Assembly (NCBI GenBank): GCA_963754945.1
Contig: CAVWIG010000021.1
Coordinates: 43,010-107,009 of the forward strand
Direction: 5' to 3'
DNA from: Methanotrichaceae archaeon
GTDB taxonomy: Archaea; Halobacteriota; Methanosarcinia; Methanotrichales; Methanotrichaceae
DNA: 64,000 bases
Below the pieces are notes generated by a model that was given only the letters and a program-made list of their open reading frames with translations, searched no databases and was not told where the DNA came from. Position 1 is the stretch's first letter. Every line of letters starts with the position of its first letter. Below, one piece after another: positions 10,014-20,507 of the stretch. The position numbers and the translations under genes are program-made.

Positions 10014-10418
10014 TTAGGCGATCTGTTTCCCCGCTGCCGGTCCCCACATGGCGTTGTAGATCTCGGTGATCTTGACCATGACGCAGCCCTTGGCCGGTAG
10101 CTTGTCGTTGATTCCGAGCACCCATTCTCTCATTTGGTCGAAGTTCTCGCCTTCCTTGCAGAGGGTGACATTCCCCTTGATCTGGAAGGATTTCTTGGTA
10201 TCCGAGCTGTAGCATAGGATGGATATCTTGGGATTCTCCATCAGGTTGGCAGCGGTCTTGTAGAAGAAGTTGTCAGCGATCATCAGAGTCTCGTCGTCGA
10301 TGATCTTCAATAGTCCGATGAAGACGACGTTCGGAACTCCTTTCTTGCTGGCCGTTGCGATCGGCACGGGCTTTTGCTTCTCCAGAGTCTCCCTAACCTC
10401 GGCAGGCATCTTTACCAT
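10014..10418 (-). CDS. Pyridoxamine 5'-phosphate oxidase-like FMN-binding split-barrel protein
   Basis: IATASKKGVPNVV, IADNFFYKTAANLMENPK and FQIKG. ATG at 10418 follows a GGTGA RBS. Confidence 0.85.
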   Translation of the reverse strand: MVKMPAEVRETLEKQKPVPIATASKKGVPNVVFIGLLKIIDDETLMIADNFFYKTAANLMENPKISILCYSSDTKKSFQIKGNVTLCKEGENFDQMREWVLGINDKLPAKGCVMVKITEIYNAMWGPAAGKQIA

Positions 10419-10449
10419 TACATCACCGCCCAAAGAGTTGTGCTGCAAT

Positions 10450-11839
10450 TTATTTAGCTCTTGTGCAGGTCTCAAGAAAATTGGAGGGGAAGCCTCTGTA
10501 GGAAGCGGCATGCAGATGGGAGTAGCTGGCAACCATATTGTTCTCCACGACTCCATCGAGGCTGCCCTGGATGCCAGTGCCGCGATCGAGCCTGATGGCG
10601 TACTCGACCTTCTCCTTTTCATCCATGACAAGCTCGGAGTGGTGGAACTCGTGGCCCAGGAGGCGCGATCCTGCGGGCCCCAGCAGGCAGTCGCGAGCCA
10701 GCTTGCCGGAGACGTAGCTTACCACTCGAATCTGACCCTTGCGGACTTTTCCGGGAACCAGACCGACCATATCATGGTGCTCGCCATCCCAATCGATCTC
10801 CCTTGCCAGGTACATCAGTCCGCCGCACTCCGCATAGATTGGAAGCCCTCTTTCATGTGCCTGCTGGATGGACGCGAGCATGGACGAGTTTCGCGACAGC
10901 TCCGCTGCGTACAGCTCCGGATACCCTCCGCCGATGTAGATGCCGTCCACCTGCGGAAGCTCTTTATCATGCACAGGGCTGAATGGAACGACCTGTGCGC
11001 CAGCCAGCTCCATCAGCTCCAGGTTATCCCGATAGTAGAAGTTGAAGGCCTCGTCAAGGGCCACGCCGATCTTCAGGCCCGAGCCTCGTTCGTTTCTCCT
11101 GTAGAGGTCCGGCTCCGGCGCTTCCAGAGGCTCGGCCTCGGCTGCGATCTCCAGGATCCTGTCGATGTCCAGGCCCTCCTCCACTATCTCGCGGATCCTA
11201 TCCAGCCGCTGGACAAAACCGTCGTGCCTGGCCTCGCCCTCAAGCATTGGCACCAATCCCAGGTGACGCATTGCTAGGTGCATGGACTCGTCCCTTGGAA
11301 TGACACCCACAACCTCCACGCCTGCGTACCGCTCGATCTCCTCCCTTGCCTTACGTGCGTGCCTCTCGCTGCCCACCTTGTTCAGGATGACACCCTTTAT
11401 GTCGACATTTGGATCGAAGTCCATGTAGCCCTTGACCAGGGCGGCAGCCGAACGGGTAATGGATCGTGCGTCCACAACGAAGATCACAGGAGTCCTCAGG
11501 ATCTTAGCAATCTGGGCCGTCGATCCGAGGTCACCCTCGTACCCCTCGTAGAGGCCGCGCACTCCCTCGATCACCGAAACGTCCGCACCATCCACTGCAT
11601 GGGAATAGACCTCGTGAACCGTCTTCTCAGGCATTAGGTAGCCGTCCAGGTTTCGGCACGGCCTTCCAGTTATCCAGCTATGATATGATGGGTCGATGTA
11701 GTCCATCGCCACCTTGAAGGGCTGGACACGGAGGCCCCGTCTAGGTTAGAGCGGAAAGCAGTCCGGCCACGATGGTGGTCTTGCCGCTGGAGCTTCTGTC
11801 TCCTGCCAGCAGAACCCGCGGGATGTGTCCAGAGTTCAT
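10450..11839 (-). CDS. cfbB: Ni-sirohydrochlorin a,c-diamide synthase (CbiA-like, F430 biosynthesis); 1-nt insertion near 11744
   Basis: The N-terminus [22 protein letters not shown] joins [21 protein letters not shown] after removing one base. EGVRGLYEG and AECGGLMYL follow. ATGA overlap with cfbC. Confidence 0.88.
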
Positions 11840-12630
11840 GCTCGCGACAGCTCCCTGAGCCGCTCATCGCTAATCGGCTGGGGTAACTTCGGCTCTGCCT
11901 CGCCCATGAACGCCTCGGCAAGCCGACGATAGATCTCGGCTATCTCCGAGTCGGGAGCGCCCTCTATGACAGTGATGCCCCTTCGCTCGCACTCCTGGAC
12001 CAGAGGGTCCTTGGGTATGAAGGCCACCATCCGGTTGTCCAGTTCTCTGGCGAAGCTCTCCACGATCTCGCGTTCGCCCGTTGCCTCTCGCGAGTTGCAT
12101 ATCACACCGGCCAGTGGCGTCCCAAGACGGCGTAGGCCTCTGCAGATGTTGTTGGCCGCATACAGGGGCATATATTCGCCTGAGGTTATGATATACGCCT
12201 GGCTGACCAGGCCCTTCCTTATGGGCGCCGAAAAGCCGCCGCAGACGATGTCACCCGGTACATCGTACAGCACTAGATCCACATCGTCCATTGCCGTAGA
12301 GACTTTGCGCAAAAACTGTATGGCTACAATGATTCCTCGACCGGCGCAGCCCACGCCAGGTTCCGGTCCTCCTACCTCGATGCACCTCACGCCCTTATAT
12401 CCCTTGAAGACGACATCCGATTCTGCGATCTCTCCGCCACGCTGGATTAGGTCCATCATGGTAGGGATCCTGCGACCCACAAGGGTTATCGTCGAATCGC
12501 TCTTCGGGTCGCAGCCGACGACCAGAACCCTGTGCCCGTCTTCGGCGCAGGCGGCTGCGATGTTCGAGGCGGTGCAGGACTTGCCGATCCCGCCTTTGCC
12601 ATAGATCGCAACGTGCTTAATGGGTGACAT
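11836..12630 (-). CDS. cfbC: Ni-sirohydrochlorin a,c-diamide reductive cyclase ATP-dependent reductase subunit (NifH-like)
   Basis: [29 protein letters not shown] and [11 protein letters not shown]. Adjacent to cfbB, with no nifDK. Confidence 0.9.
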   Translation of the reverse strand: MSPIKHVAIYGKGGIGKSCTASNIAAACAEDGHRVLVVGCDPKSDSTITLVGRRIPTMMDLIQRGGEIAESDVVFKGYKGVRCIEVGGPEPGVGCAGRGIIVAIQFLRKVSTAMDDVDLVLYDVPGDIVCGGFSAPIRKGLVSQAYIITSGEYMPLYAANNICRGLRRLGTPLAGVICNSREATGEREIVESFARELDNRMVAFIPKDPLVQECERRGITVIEGAPDSEIAEIYRRLAEAFMGEAEPKLPQPISDERLRELSRA

Positions 12631-12732
12631 CAATTGACTCCGGAGAGCTTAAGACCACGCCATAGGATATACAGCTTATCCAGACGTAGTCATCCAGGTA
12701 TGTATGCTCCGTCTTACGATGAATGGAGGTAA

Positions 12733-15636
12733 ATGAGTTCCAGAGGACAGATTGACCTTTTAGTTCTTGTCGTGGTCTTAGGCGCATTTCTCATTGTGCC
12801 TTCTATGGCTCAATCGTCTTCCACAGATGCTGCCCTGGTGAGAGGATACATCACTAACATCAGTAGTACCTGGAATGCTCACGACTTCGGCTGGTTCTAC
12901 TACGATCTGGACAAGGATGTGGGAGGCGAGCAGCTCTCGGTTGATGTGCACGGGCGGACCGCGGAGAAAAGCCACATAGTTTATACCAGTCGTGCCTGGT
13001 CGAGTGATTTCGAGTTTAAGCCCTGGGGGAAATACCAGTCGGTTGCCTTTTTGGGAAAGCGCTACTTCGCCGGCTATCCCGACAGCACTTTCACAGACGC
13101 CAAGAGCGCTCTGGAGAAAGGCGAACTCAGGGAGATACTCATCGACGACAAAAACACGCACATTTTGAACTACAGTCATCCCCTATCGCTCCTGGAAGGT
13201 TACATCCTGGCCGTCAATGGGATTTCAGCCAACGACGGCAAAGTAAACTTCGTCCTCGTAAAAGGCAAAACTGCAGTGGATTTTGGCGTTGTAAGCATAG
13301 GCGGGACCTATGCCTTCAAGAGTGGAGACGAACTTCCTTTAATCCTGATTCATGTCTCCAACGTGTTGGCCGGTGATAAGGATGGAACCGTCGAGATAGA
13401 TGGCGTCTTCCAATTGGGAGATGCTCCAGTTGTCAGCATGAAAGACGGTGACAAGCTAGGAAGCATGGAGCTCGTTGACCTCACCGATCAGGGAATTACG
13501 TTTAAGACCAACAAAGATATTACACTGACCCGGGACGCCATTGTACCATTGGCTGATAGGTTGATGCTAGTTGTCGTGAATGATACAAGACTGTTTTACT
13601 ACCCTGTGGGAGCTATCACCGATTACGGCAATCAAGTGATAAGAGGGCCTGTTTTCGATGCCAACTCAATAGTACCAGTCAAGCTAGGTCAATATCCTGC
13701 CACAGCACAGGCCAGATGGAACTCTGGGAACTTTACCGGATTCTATTTTTCTCCAGAAGACAAGTTGGGCAGTGAGACTCTTACTCTATTTCCCCCCAAT
13801 GATAGGACAGTTCCAACTCCCACAAAGCCAGAGCTAATAAATGGAGTAGCGCATTGGAATGCGCTCCAGTATGTATCGTTCATGCAGCCAAAACAATTTA
13901 ATTTTAGACCATGGGGCCAATACTACACAATAAGCTTTCTCGGAGAATCGTGGTTTGTAGGTTACAATATCGGGGCAACAAAAGAGAGTGATTCGTTGAA
14001 CCTTCTCGAGCACCAGAAGCTGGGCAAAGTTCTGATCGATAAAGAGATACGAGGGATGATTGTTGCCGGCAACTACACCCTTTCGGAGGGTTACCAACTC
14101 TACATCAGGGACGTGACACAAGATAAGATCTTCGTGCATCTCCTAAAGGACGGGCAGCTTGTGGACAGCTCCATAGCCGAATCCAACTCGACTTATGTTT
14201 ACAAAAAGGACCTCGGCGATGTCGCGGACATGCCCATTATAATGATGCACGTAGATAAGATCTTCAGCGATGGTAAGACGAAATTCGCATCGATTGACGG
14301 GCTTTTCCAGTTGTCGGACCAATATATCCTCTCAGTTGATCCAGGTTCGGGACTCGGTGAGCTTGAGATCGTCCCTACAAACTTTGGCATCATAGGTATG
14401 TGGAACCATGATACTCTTACATTCAGTCGTAATTCAGACGTGAATCTCTGGCCCGGAATGAGCATCCGGGTCGCTGATAACGACACATTGCGATACTACC
14501 CGTACACTGTGCAGCGCGTGATCCCCAAACCCGCTCTGGGTGGCATAGATTACCCCAAGAACATAAGCTCATCAGGGCAGGCTAACTTCACATTGACTGC
14601 CCTGGCAGGTGATATTGTAAGCGTAAGCGTCGACGTAAACGATCCGTCCGGAAGAACCGTGTTCACCAAAGACCTCACCCGCATGGGAGTCGGTTCGGAG
14701 AACGTGTGGAACTACTTCTGGCGGTGGAATGCATCCACCTTGACAATGAGCGATGACGGCGCCCTAGTCCTCGACGCGAACGGTAATCCTATCCCAGGAC
14801 TGCTCTACCTCAACAAAACCAGCAGCCCACTACCGGTGGGGATAAGGTTTGATGGCTCGGGAAAAGTCGCCAGTATAGCGGATAGCAAGGTTATCTATTA
14901 CGTCTCCCGTTCGGACTACAACTTGACGAAGCCCAAATTTACTTACGACTCAATGCTTGCCAACAGCACTGCAAAGAGACAGTACATAAAAATCAATCCT
15001 GGCTCTAGCATGCTGAAGTTTTACGAGACCGTCAAAGGTTCGTTCAACCTGAGCAAATCCAACCACACAATAACGGGTTCCATCGATTCTCTGGAGCCCC
15101 ACGCTCTTAGTTTGCCGGCTAAACCAGGCAAATACGAGCTGGGGGTAAGAATAGAGAATTCAGCCGATGCCCTCAGAGTAAATGGATTGTTCTTCAATGT
15201 TACAGCCCCAGAGATGCATGGCGTGTTTTTGGGCTCCAACTCGACCCAGACCGGAGGTCAAGTAAACGTTTCCCTCGAGGTTCCTACCTCTAATTCGGAG
15301 AAGAAAGTGGAGATATCCTACAACCCCGAAACGATCAAAGCAGTAGGCGCATTCGGGCCTTGCCAAACCCCCTCGTACATGGATGAAAAAGCCGGCTGGA
15401 TCAACGTTACGTTTCCTCCGGGGTGCGGGGTGACCAACCTGACCTTCGTCGCAGGCCAGAAGAACGCCACGGCAGAACTAAAGGTGGTCAATGTCGAAGG
15501 GTTCAAGCCAGATAAGGTGACCAACGGAACTATAACAATAAAGGCCGAAAAGAACGCTAAGAAGAGCAGTGATCTGTTGTTTGTAGCTGCTCTAGCGGCA
15601 TTATCCCTGGCTGCTGTGTTCAGACGCTGGAGATAG
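12733..15636 (+). CDS. S-layer-domain surface protein (two Methanosarcinales S-layer/DUF1608-like domains, C-terminal membrane anchor)
   Basis: Signal peptide. Duplicated WN.xxF.xFY...G.E.L...F.F.PWG.Y...FLG...F.GY...L..ILID units. Many N-x-S/T sequons. Hydrophobic tail ending RRWR. Confidence 0.82.
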   Translation: MSSRGQIDLLVLVVVLGAFLIVPSMAQSSSTDAALVRGYITNISSTWNAHDFGWFYYDLDKDVGGEQLSVDVHGRTAEKSHIVYTSRAWSSDFEFKPWGKYQSVAFLGKRYFAGYPDSTFTDAKSALEKGELREILIDDKNTHILNYSHPLSLLEGYILAVNGISANDGKVNFVLVKGKTAVDFGVVSIGGTYAFKSGDELPLILIHVSNVLAGDKDGTVEIDGVFQLGDAPVVSMKDGDKLGSMELVDLTDQGITFKTNKDITLTRDAIVPLADRLMLVVVNDTRLFYYPVGAITDYGNQVIRGPVFDANSIVPVKLGQYPATAQARWNSGNFTGFYFSPEDKLGSETLTLFPPNDRTVPTPTKPELINGVAHWNALQYVSFMQPKQFNFRPWGQYYTISFLGESWFVGYNIGATKESDSLNLLEHQKLGKVLIDKEIRGMIVAGNYTLSEGYQLYIRDVTQDKIFVHLLKDGQLVDSSIAESNSTYVYKKDLGDVADMPIIMMHVDKIFSDGKTKFASIDGLFQLSDQYILSVDPGSGLGELEIVPTNFGIIGMWNHDTLTFSRNSDVNLWPGMSIRVADNDTLRYYPYTVQRVIPKPALGGIDYPKNISSSGQANFTLTALAGDIVSVSVDVNDPSGRTVFTKDLTRMGVGSENVWNYFWRWNASTLTMSDDGALVLDANGNPIPGLLYLNKTSSPLPVGIRFDGSGKVASIADSKVIYYVSRSDYNLTKPKFTYDSMLANSTAKRQYIKINPGSSMLKFYETVKGSFNLSKSNHTITGSIDSLEPHALSLPAKPGKYELGVRIENSADALRVNGLFFNVTAPEMHGVFLGSNSTQTGGQVNVSLEVPTSNSEKKVEISYNPETIKAVGAFGPCQTPSYMDEKAGWINVTFPPGCGVTNLTFVAGQKNATAELKVVNVEGFKPDKVTNGTITIKAEKNAKKSSDLLFVAALAALSLAAVFRRWR

Positions 15637-15849
15637 GTTGTCGCATTCGCGCTCGTGACCTTAACGGCTAGAACTGAGCTAAGCCACCGCGGGCAGTTTG
15701 TCAGTTCTTGCTTCAGAAGCTCGGACTCGTGGGGTTCGCTTCTTCTTCGTACCACCAAGGGTAATAGCCCAGTTGTCGCAGGTAGTACTTCCCGCCATCA
15801 TCGCAATTCGAGGCGTAGGAATTATAAATTTGCCCTTTCTACTCTCTTT

Positions 15850-18024
15850 TCAGATCCTGCTGAACAGATCCCTCCTCACCCCTCTGTGCGGAGCCGCCAT
15901 TGCAGCATCAAGAGCTTTCTGGTAGAACTTATCCGTATACTCCTTGGCCATCCGCCGGGCGCAGAAGTGCGGTCCGGTACTCTTTATGGTCTCCTTCATC
16001 ATCTTGACCCAGCCCCTGGGAACACCGTGGTCGTCAACATCGTAGTACAACGGGACCACATGCTTTTCCAGGATTTCGTAGATGGCCGCAGCGTCCTTAT
16101 GGTCCCTGTCAGGGCCTTGGGCTCCTTCAATTGCCCAGCCGTTCAAGCCGTTGTACCCCTCTATCCACCAGCCGTCCAGGATGGATAGTTGGGGAACGCC
16201 GTTTATGCTCGCCTTCATCCCGCTGGTTCCCGAGGCCTCCATGGGCGGCAGCGGGTTGTTGACCCAGACGTCGACGCCGTGAACCAGATACTGGGCCAGA
16301 AGCTCATCGTAATCCTCCACGAAGGCTATCCGGCCTCCGAAGGCCTGGTCCTTGGCGACGTTGAATACATTCTGCAGGAGTTGCTTACTCTGCAGGTCGT
16401 CCTGGTGGGCCTTTCCGGCGAATATGATTTGAACCGGCTGCCAGGTATTGTTGACGATCCTCTTCAGCCGTTCGATATCCCGAAGGAGCAGAGTGGGCCT
16501 CTTGTACATTGCGATCCTCCTGGCAAACCCCAGGGTAAGGACCGATGGGTCGAACAGGATACCGGACGCCATAACTACACGAGGATCGGCCTTTCCGCTG
16601 TCGAGCCATTTTTGCCGGGCTCTGTCCCTAATCCTGGTGATCAGCAGGTTCTTCATTGCCTGGTGGTGTCTCCACAGCTCATCGTCCGGTATCTCGTCGA
16701 CCAGCTCCCAGATACGGGGATTGTCGTGACCCGCCAGCCAGTTTCTACCCAGATGCTCGTTGAGGATGACGTCTCCAAGGTGTCGATCGATCCAGGTCGG
16801 GACATGAATCCCGTTGGTGATGTGGTCTATGGGCACTTTTTCTTCGGGCAGCTCAGGCCATAGCTGCCTCCACATGCTTCTCGCGACCTCCCCATGCCTT
16901 TTGCTCACAGCATTGCGATAGCCGGAGGACCGAAGGGCAAAGGCAGTCATGTTGAAGCCGCTCGGGTTATTCGGATCAACTCCCATCTCGAAGAACTCCT
17001 CTCGGCCAAGATCCAGGCCCGGAAGGTAGGAGCCGAAGTACTTGTCCATCAATTGAAAGGTGAAGATGTCGTGGCCGGCAGGCACAGGCGTGTGAGTCGT
17101 GAAGACCGTGGTTTCTTTGACCTGCTCGAAGGCATCACGGTAACTGGTTCCTCCCTCTACCCGCTCTCTGATCCTTTCCAGGATGGCAAAAGCCGGGTGC
17201 CCCTCGTTCAGGTGGAGGACGGAATAATCTATTCCCAGGGCTTTCAAAATCCTGACGCCACCAATCCCTAAAACTATCTCCTGTCTCAGCCGCTGTTCGG
17301 GGTCTCCTGTGTAAAGCCGGTCGGAGATGCACCGGTTCCAGGGATCGTTGGCCTCGCTTGATGTATCTAACAGGTAAAGGGATGTCCTGCCAACCTGGAC
17401 CTTCCAGGCTTCCAGGTAGATCGGCGGATCTATGATAGGAATCTTGACCGACAGGGTCTTCCCATCACCATTCAGGACTCTGGTAATGGGTGCGTTCTCC
17501 CTGTCCAGGATCTCGCAGGCTCCCACCTGCCACCCATCCGGAGTGATCATTTGGCGCAGGTAACCCTGGGGGTACATGAACCCCACGCCGACCATGGGTA
17601 TCCCCAGGTCGCTGCACTCCTTCAGAAAGTCGCCTGCTAGGAATCCCAGGCCGCCGGCGTAGAAGGGAAGGGCGTGATGCAATCCGTACTCAGCCGAGAA
17701 GTATGCAATGTTCATGCTCTTTGGATCGGCTACGTTAGCGCAGAACCAGCCGCTGGATTTGCTCATCTCGTCTTCGAAACCAGCCATGACGGCGTCGTAA
17801 TGTCTCAGAAAATGAGGATCCTTTGCTGCGGCCTCAAGCGTTGCCTGGTCAATCTGATGGAGCATCTTAACGGGGTTGTGGGCACTAAGGTACCAACCTG
17901 TCCTGCTGAGCATCTTAAAGAGGCCCCTGCCTTCGGGGTGCCAGGACCACCACAGATTGTAAGCCAGATCTCCTAGTCCGGAGATCCTGTCAGGGAGATT
18001 GAAGAATTTGTTTATCGCGACCAT
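15850..18024 (-). CDS. glgP: Alpha-glucan (glycogen/maltodextrin) phosphorylase
   Basis: AYFSAEYG, YAGGLGFLAGD, HLNEGH, FTTHTPVPAGHD, ITNGIH and the PLP-lysine motif EASGTSGMKA. Confidence 0.95.
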   Translation of the reverse strand: MVAINKFFNLPDRISGLGDLAYNLWWSWHPEGRGLFKMLSRTGWYLSAHNPVKMLHQIDQATLEAAAKDPHFLRHYDAVMAGFEDEMSKSSGWFCANVADPKSMNIAYFSAEYGLHHALPFYAGGLGFLAGDFLKECSDLGIPMVGVGFMYPQGYLRQMITPDGWQVGACEILDRENAPITRVLNGDGKTLSVKIPIIDPPIYLEAWKVQVGRTSLYLLDTSSEANDPWNRCISDRLYTGDPEQRLRQEIVLGIGGVRILKALGIDYSVLHLNEGHPAFAILERIRERVEGGTSYRDAFEQVKETTVFTTHTPVPAGHDIFTFQLMDKYFGSYLPGLDLGREEFFEMGVDPNNPSGFNMTAFALRSSGYRNAVSKRHGEVARSMWRQLWPELPEEKVPIDHITNGIHVPTWIDRHLGDVILNEHLGRNWLAGHDNPRIWELVDEIPDDELWRHHQAMKNLLITRIRDRARQKWLDSGKADPRVVMASGILFDPSVLTLGFARRIAMYKRPTLLLRDIERLKRIVNNTWQPVQIIFAGKAHQDDLQSKQLLQNVFNVAKDQAFGGRIAFVEDYDELLAQYLVHGVDVWVNNPLPPMEASGTSGMKASINGVPQLSILDGWWIEGYNGLNGWAIEGAQGPDRDHKDAAAIYEILEKHVVPLYYDVDDHGVPRGWVKMMKETIKSTGPHFCARRMAKEYTDKFYQKALDAAMAAPHRGVRRDLFSRI

Positions 18025-18286
18025 GAATTATGCCTCACTCCGGCTTAATATAGACAGGCAGGTTATTTAATATTTTTCAGAAAAGTATGAGGCATTCCGG
18101 AAAGACCATCTGTGAAACATCCCGGCTATAAAATTGATGGGCATAATTGCCGATAGCCCTCACAGCTTGAAGCCTCGTAGTGGGTTCATGAACTTCTACA
18201 AAGCGGCCCTATGACCAATCGTCCCAGCCTGATCGAAATGCAGACATACGAAACCCTTAAAAGTTTATGAGTTTCATAGAATAGGG

Positions 18287-18727
18287 GTGAATCTTTTGTC
18301 TAAAGGATCAAAATTAGGACTTGCTCTCTTGGTTGTTGCCATGTTAGCAACAGCCGCAGTAGCTGAGATGGCCAACAACTATACCATAAACACTGCAACC
18401 AACAAGACCATAGGAACCTATCTCGTAAACCAGACGGGTTTCACGCTATATTATTTCAAAATGGACCCCGGCAATGGAACAAGTACTTGCTCCGGCGGTT
18501 GTGCAACCCTGTGGCCCCCATTCTACGCAAAGAAAGTCACTGTGCCTACCGGACTGAACGCCTCTGACTTCACGAGCATAACAAGAAAGGATGGCATGAA
18601 CCAGACGGCGTTCAAGGGCTGGCCATTGTACCATTACTCAAAGGACATGTTGCCAGGGAACGCAAAAGGACAGGGATTCAAGGGGATCTGGTTCGTAGTC
18701 GATCCGATGAAATTCCCGCCCAAGTAG
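18287..18727 (+). CDS. Secreted protein with Y-x4-D repeats (COG4315/Lipoprotein_15-like)
   Basis: Signal peptide, GFTLYYFKMD...CSGGCATLWPP and GWPLYHYSKD...G.W. Confidence 0.8.
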   Translation: MNLLSKGSKLGLALLVVAMLATAAVAEMANNYTINTATNKTIGTYLVNQTGFTLYYFKMDPGNGTSTCSGGCATLWPPFYAKKVTVPTGLNASDFTSITRKDGMNQTAFKGWPLYHYSKDMLPGNAKGQGFKGIWFVVDPMKFPPK

Positions 18728-18752
18728 CTTTCCGCCCACAACTTTTTTATGA

Positions 18753-19274
18753 CTATTTTTCTGCAAGCGATTGTGCATAGCGTATGTAATCACAGGTCGG
18801 CTCTCCAACTGGCACTATTCTTCCGGTGACCTTTCCGTCCTTTATCTCGATCTCCGCAACAGTTGGCGGAGACATCCTGGGCACTGTTGGGCTTCCTGGA
18901 CAGATGAGCAGCTTGTTACCCCTCTCAACGATCGGCCTGTGCAGGTGACCATAGACAAGGACGTCCACCTCCATCTCCCTGGCAAGCATCTCAGTGCCGG
19001 GGCCAGTAGAGTGTGATGCCCGGTGAACTAGCCCGATCCTTACTCCATCCACCTCGATTACCTTTCTCTCCGGCAAAAGCATTTTCAGCTCTTGAGAATC
19101 TGAATTGCCGCACACTGCCTCGACCCTTCCTATATCAGCCAGGGAGTCGTAAACGTCTTTGGAAACGAAATCTCCGGCGTGAAGAATGAAGTCGGCTCCC
19201 TCGGCAAGCTCGACCAGTCTTTCCGGTAGACCTCTTTCCATGTGAGTATCCGACAGCGCAATTATCTTGATCAT
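18753..19274 (-). CDS. MJ0936/YfcE-family metallophosphoesterase
   Basis: SDTH, HAGD, GNSD, GHLH and CPGS motifs. Confidence 0.88.
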   Translation of the reverse strand: MIKIIALSDTHMERGLPERLVELAEGADFILHAGDFVSKDVYDSLADIGRVEAVCGNSDSQELKMLLPERKVIEVDGVRIGLVHRASHSTGPGTEMLAREMEVDVLVYGHLHRPIVERGNKLLICPGSPTVPRMSPPTVAEIEIKDGKVTGRIVPVGEPTCDYIRYAQSLAEK

Positions 19275-20464
19275 ACGTGCAGCCGCCTCATTCCTGCCTC
19301 CATCATTCCGAGGAACTCTGCACCGACGGCCACTACGCTATTGGTGAAGATTGATGCGTTGATCTCGAAGATAGGGTACCTGAACTTAGTGTAATCCGAC
19401 ATCAGCCAGGTCGTTGAGCTGGTGTCGCCGCAGAACAGTCCTGAGTACTCAGGCTTAACAGGCACGAAAACGATATCGTCAGTACGTCCGTGCTTTCTCA
19501 TCAAAGACACGAGCCGAGAGGATCGGTTCGCGGTAATGGGCATGACATCCGCTCCCTTGCTCAATGCGTGCGCGGCACCCTCCAGGGCCTCGTAGGTGTT
19601 CCCGATTCCGCTTATGGGGAGGTACACGTCCCCTATCTGGAAGGACGGGGTGTTGAAGTCTCTCTCCCAGTAGCTTATCTTGTTCAGGTGAGTGAACCTC
19701 ATCTCGAAGGCACGGGCCACTAGGCCGGACCGGCCCACGCCCCCGATGACATATCTGCCGCTTCGCGGAAGAAGACGGTTGAACCAGTGCTCCAGGCTGT
19801 CTGGGTCCATGTCGACTATGAGCCTAGCGTTCTCTTCGAAGTCCTTTATGGTGGAGCGGTATTCGGGGCAGGAAACATCACACACGCCTTTTAACCTCGA
19901 CTGGATGTCCTTGAAAACGGCGTTGAGGAAGGCCAGCACCTCCAGCTCGAACTCCGTTCCCAGGGGGGAGAGCCTGGATCTGGTCTCTTTGTCTGTGCTG
20001 TACTTTGTCCTGGCCTTGAAAACGAGGACTGAGCCCTTATCGTATTCTTTCACCAGCTTGTAGGCTGTGCCCTGCTCGTTTGCTGTTATCAGCTTGATCT
20101 CCCCTCCGTGGGCGATCACATCCTCTATGTACTTGTTGACCGATGAGGTCTCTCCCGATCCTGAAATGGCCAGCCCCAGGTTCTTGGCGCCCTTCCTGTA
20201 GTGCCTCTGAACTGGATCCTCTAGGGTGAAGGGGAAGACGTTGTCGAAGTGGTTCTGTATGAGCTGGAGGAAGCTGTACAGGGATAGGGCGCTCCTGCCA
20301 GCAGCCAGCCCGTACACGAACTTGTTCTCTGGTGTTGGGTTCAAAAAAGACACCATGGAGTCAGAGAAGGCTGCAACATCCGCCATGTCCAGATCGAGCA
20401 GCTTCTTCAAGAACTCGCACTGAAGGACTGTTGCTTCGCGAAAAGTCTCAATCAAGCCTGACAT
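19271..20464 (-). CDS. Tandem SIS-domain sugar-phosphate isomerase-like protein (Phi/HxlB-related)
   Basis: Two SIS units: AAGRSAL...AISGSGET...LITAN...PLGTEFE and GVGRSGLVARAFEMRFTHL...PISGIGNT...ITAN...PIFE. C-terminal RLH. Confidence 0.7.
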   Translation of the reverse strand: MSGLIETFREATVLQCEFLKKLLDLDMADVAAFSDSMVSFLNPTPENKFVYGLAAGRSALSLYSFLQLIQNHFDNVFPFTLEDPVQRHYRKGAKNLGLAISGSGETSSVNKYIEDVIAHGGEIKLITANEQGTAYKLVKEYDKGSVLVFKARTKYSTDKETRSRLSPLGTEFELEVLAFLNAVFKDIQSRLKGVCDVSCPEYRSTIKDFEENARLIVDMDPDSLEHWFNRLLPRSGRYVIGGVGRSGLVARAFEMRFTHLNKISYWERDFNTPSFQIGDVYLPISGIGNTYEALEGAAHALSKGADVMPITANRSSRLVSLMRKHGRTDDIVFVPVKPEYSGLFCGDTSSTTWLMSDYTKFRYPIFEINASIFTNSVVAVGAEFLGMMEAGMRRLHV

Positions 20465-20507
20465 ACGAGTCAGACTACGCCGTCATCGGATAAGCCTTTC
20501 TAGTTCT

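Noticed and set aside
10270-11277. 335-aa + strand ORF
   Set aside because: Antisense shadow of GC-rich cfbB with no motifs. The same applies to 11966-12604, 16189-16863, 24129-24689 and 56227-56981.
11836-12630. nifH / nitrogen fixation
   Set aside because: No nifDK or nifI nearby. Adjacency to a CbiA-like gene indicates cfbC.
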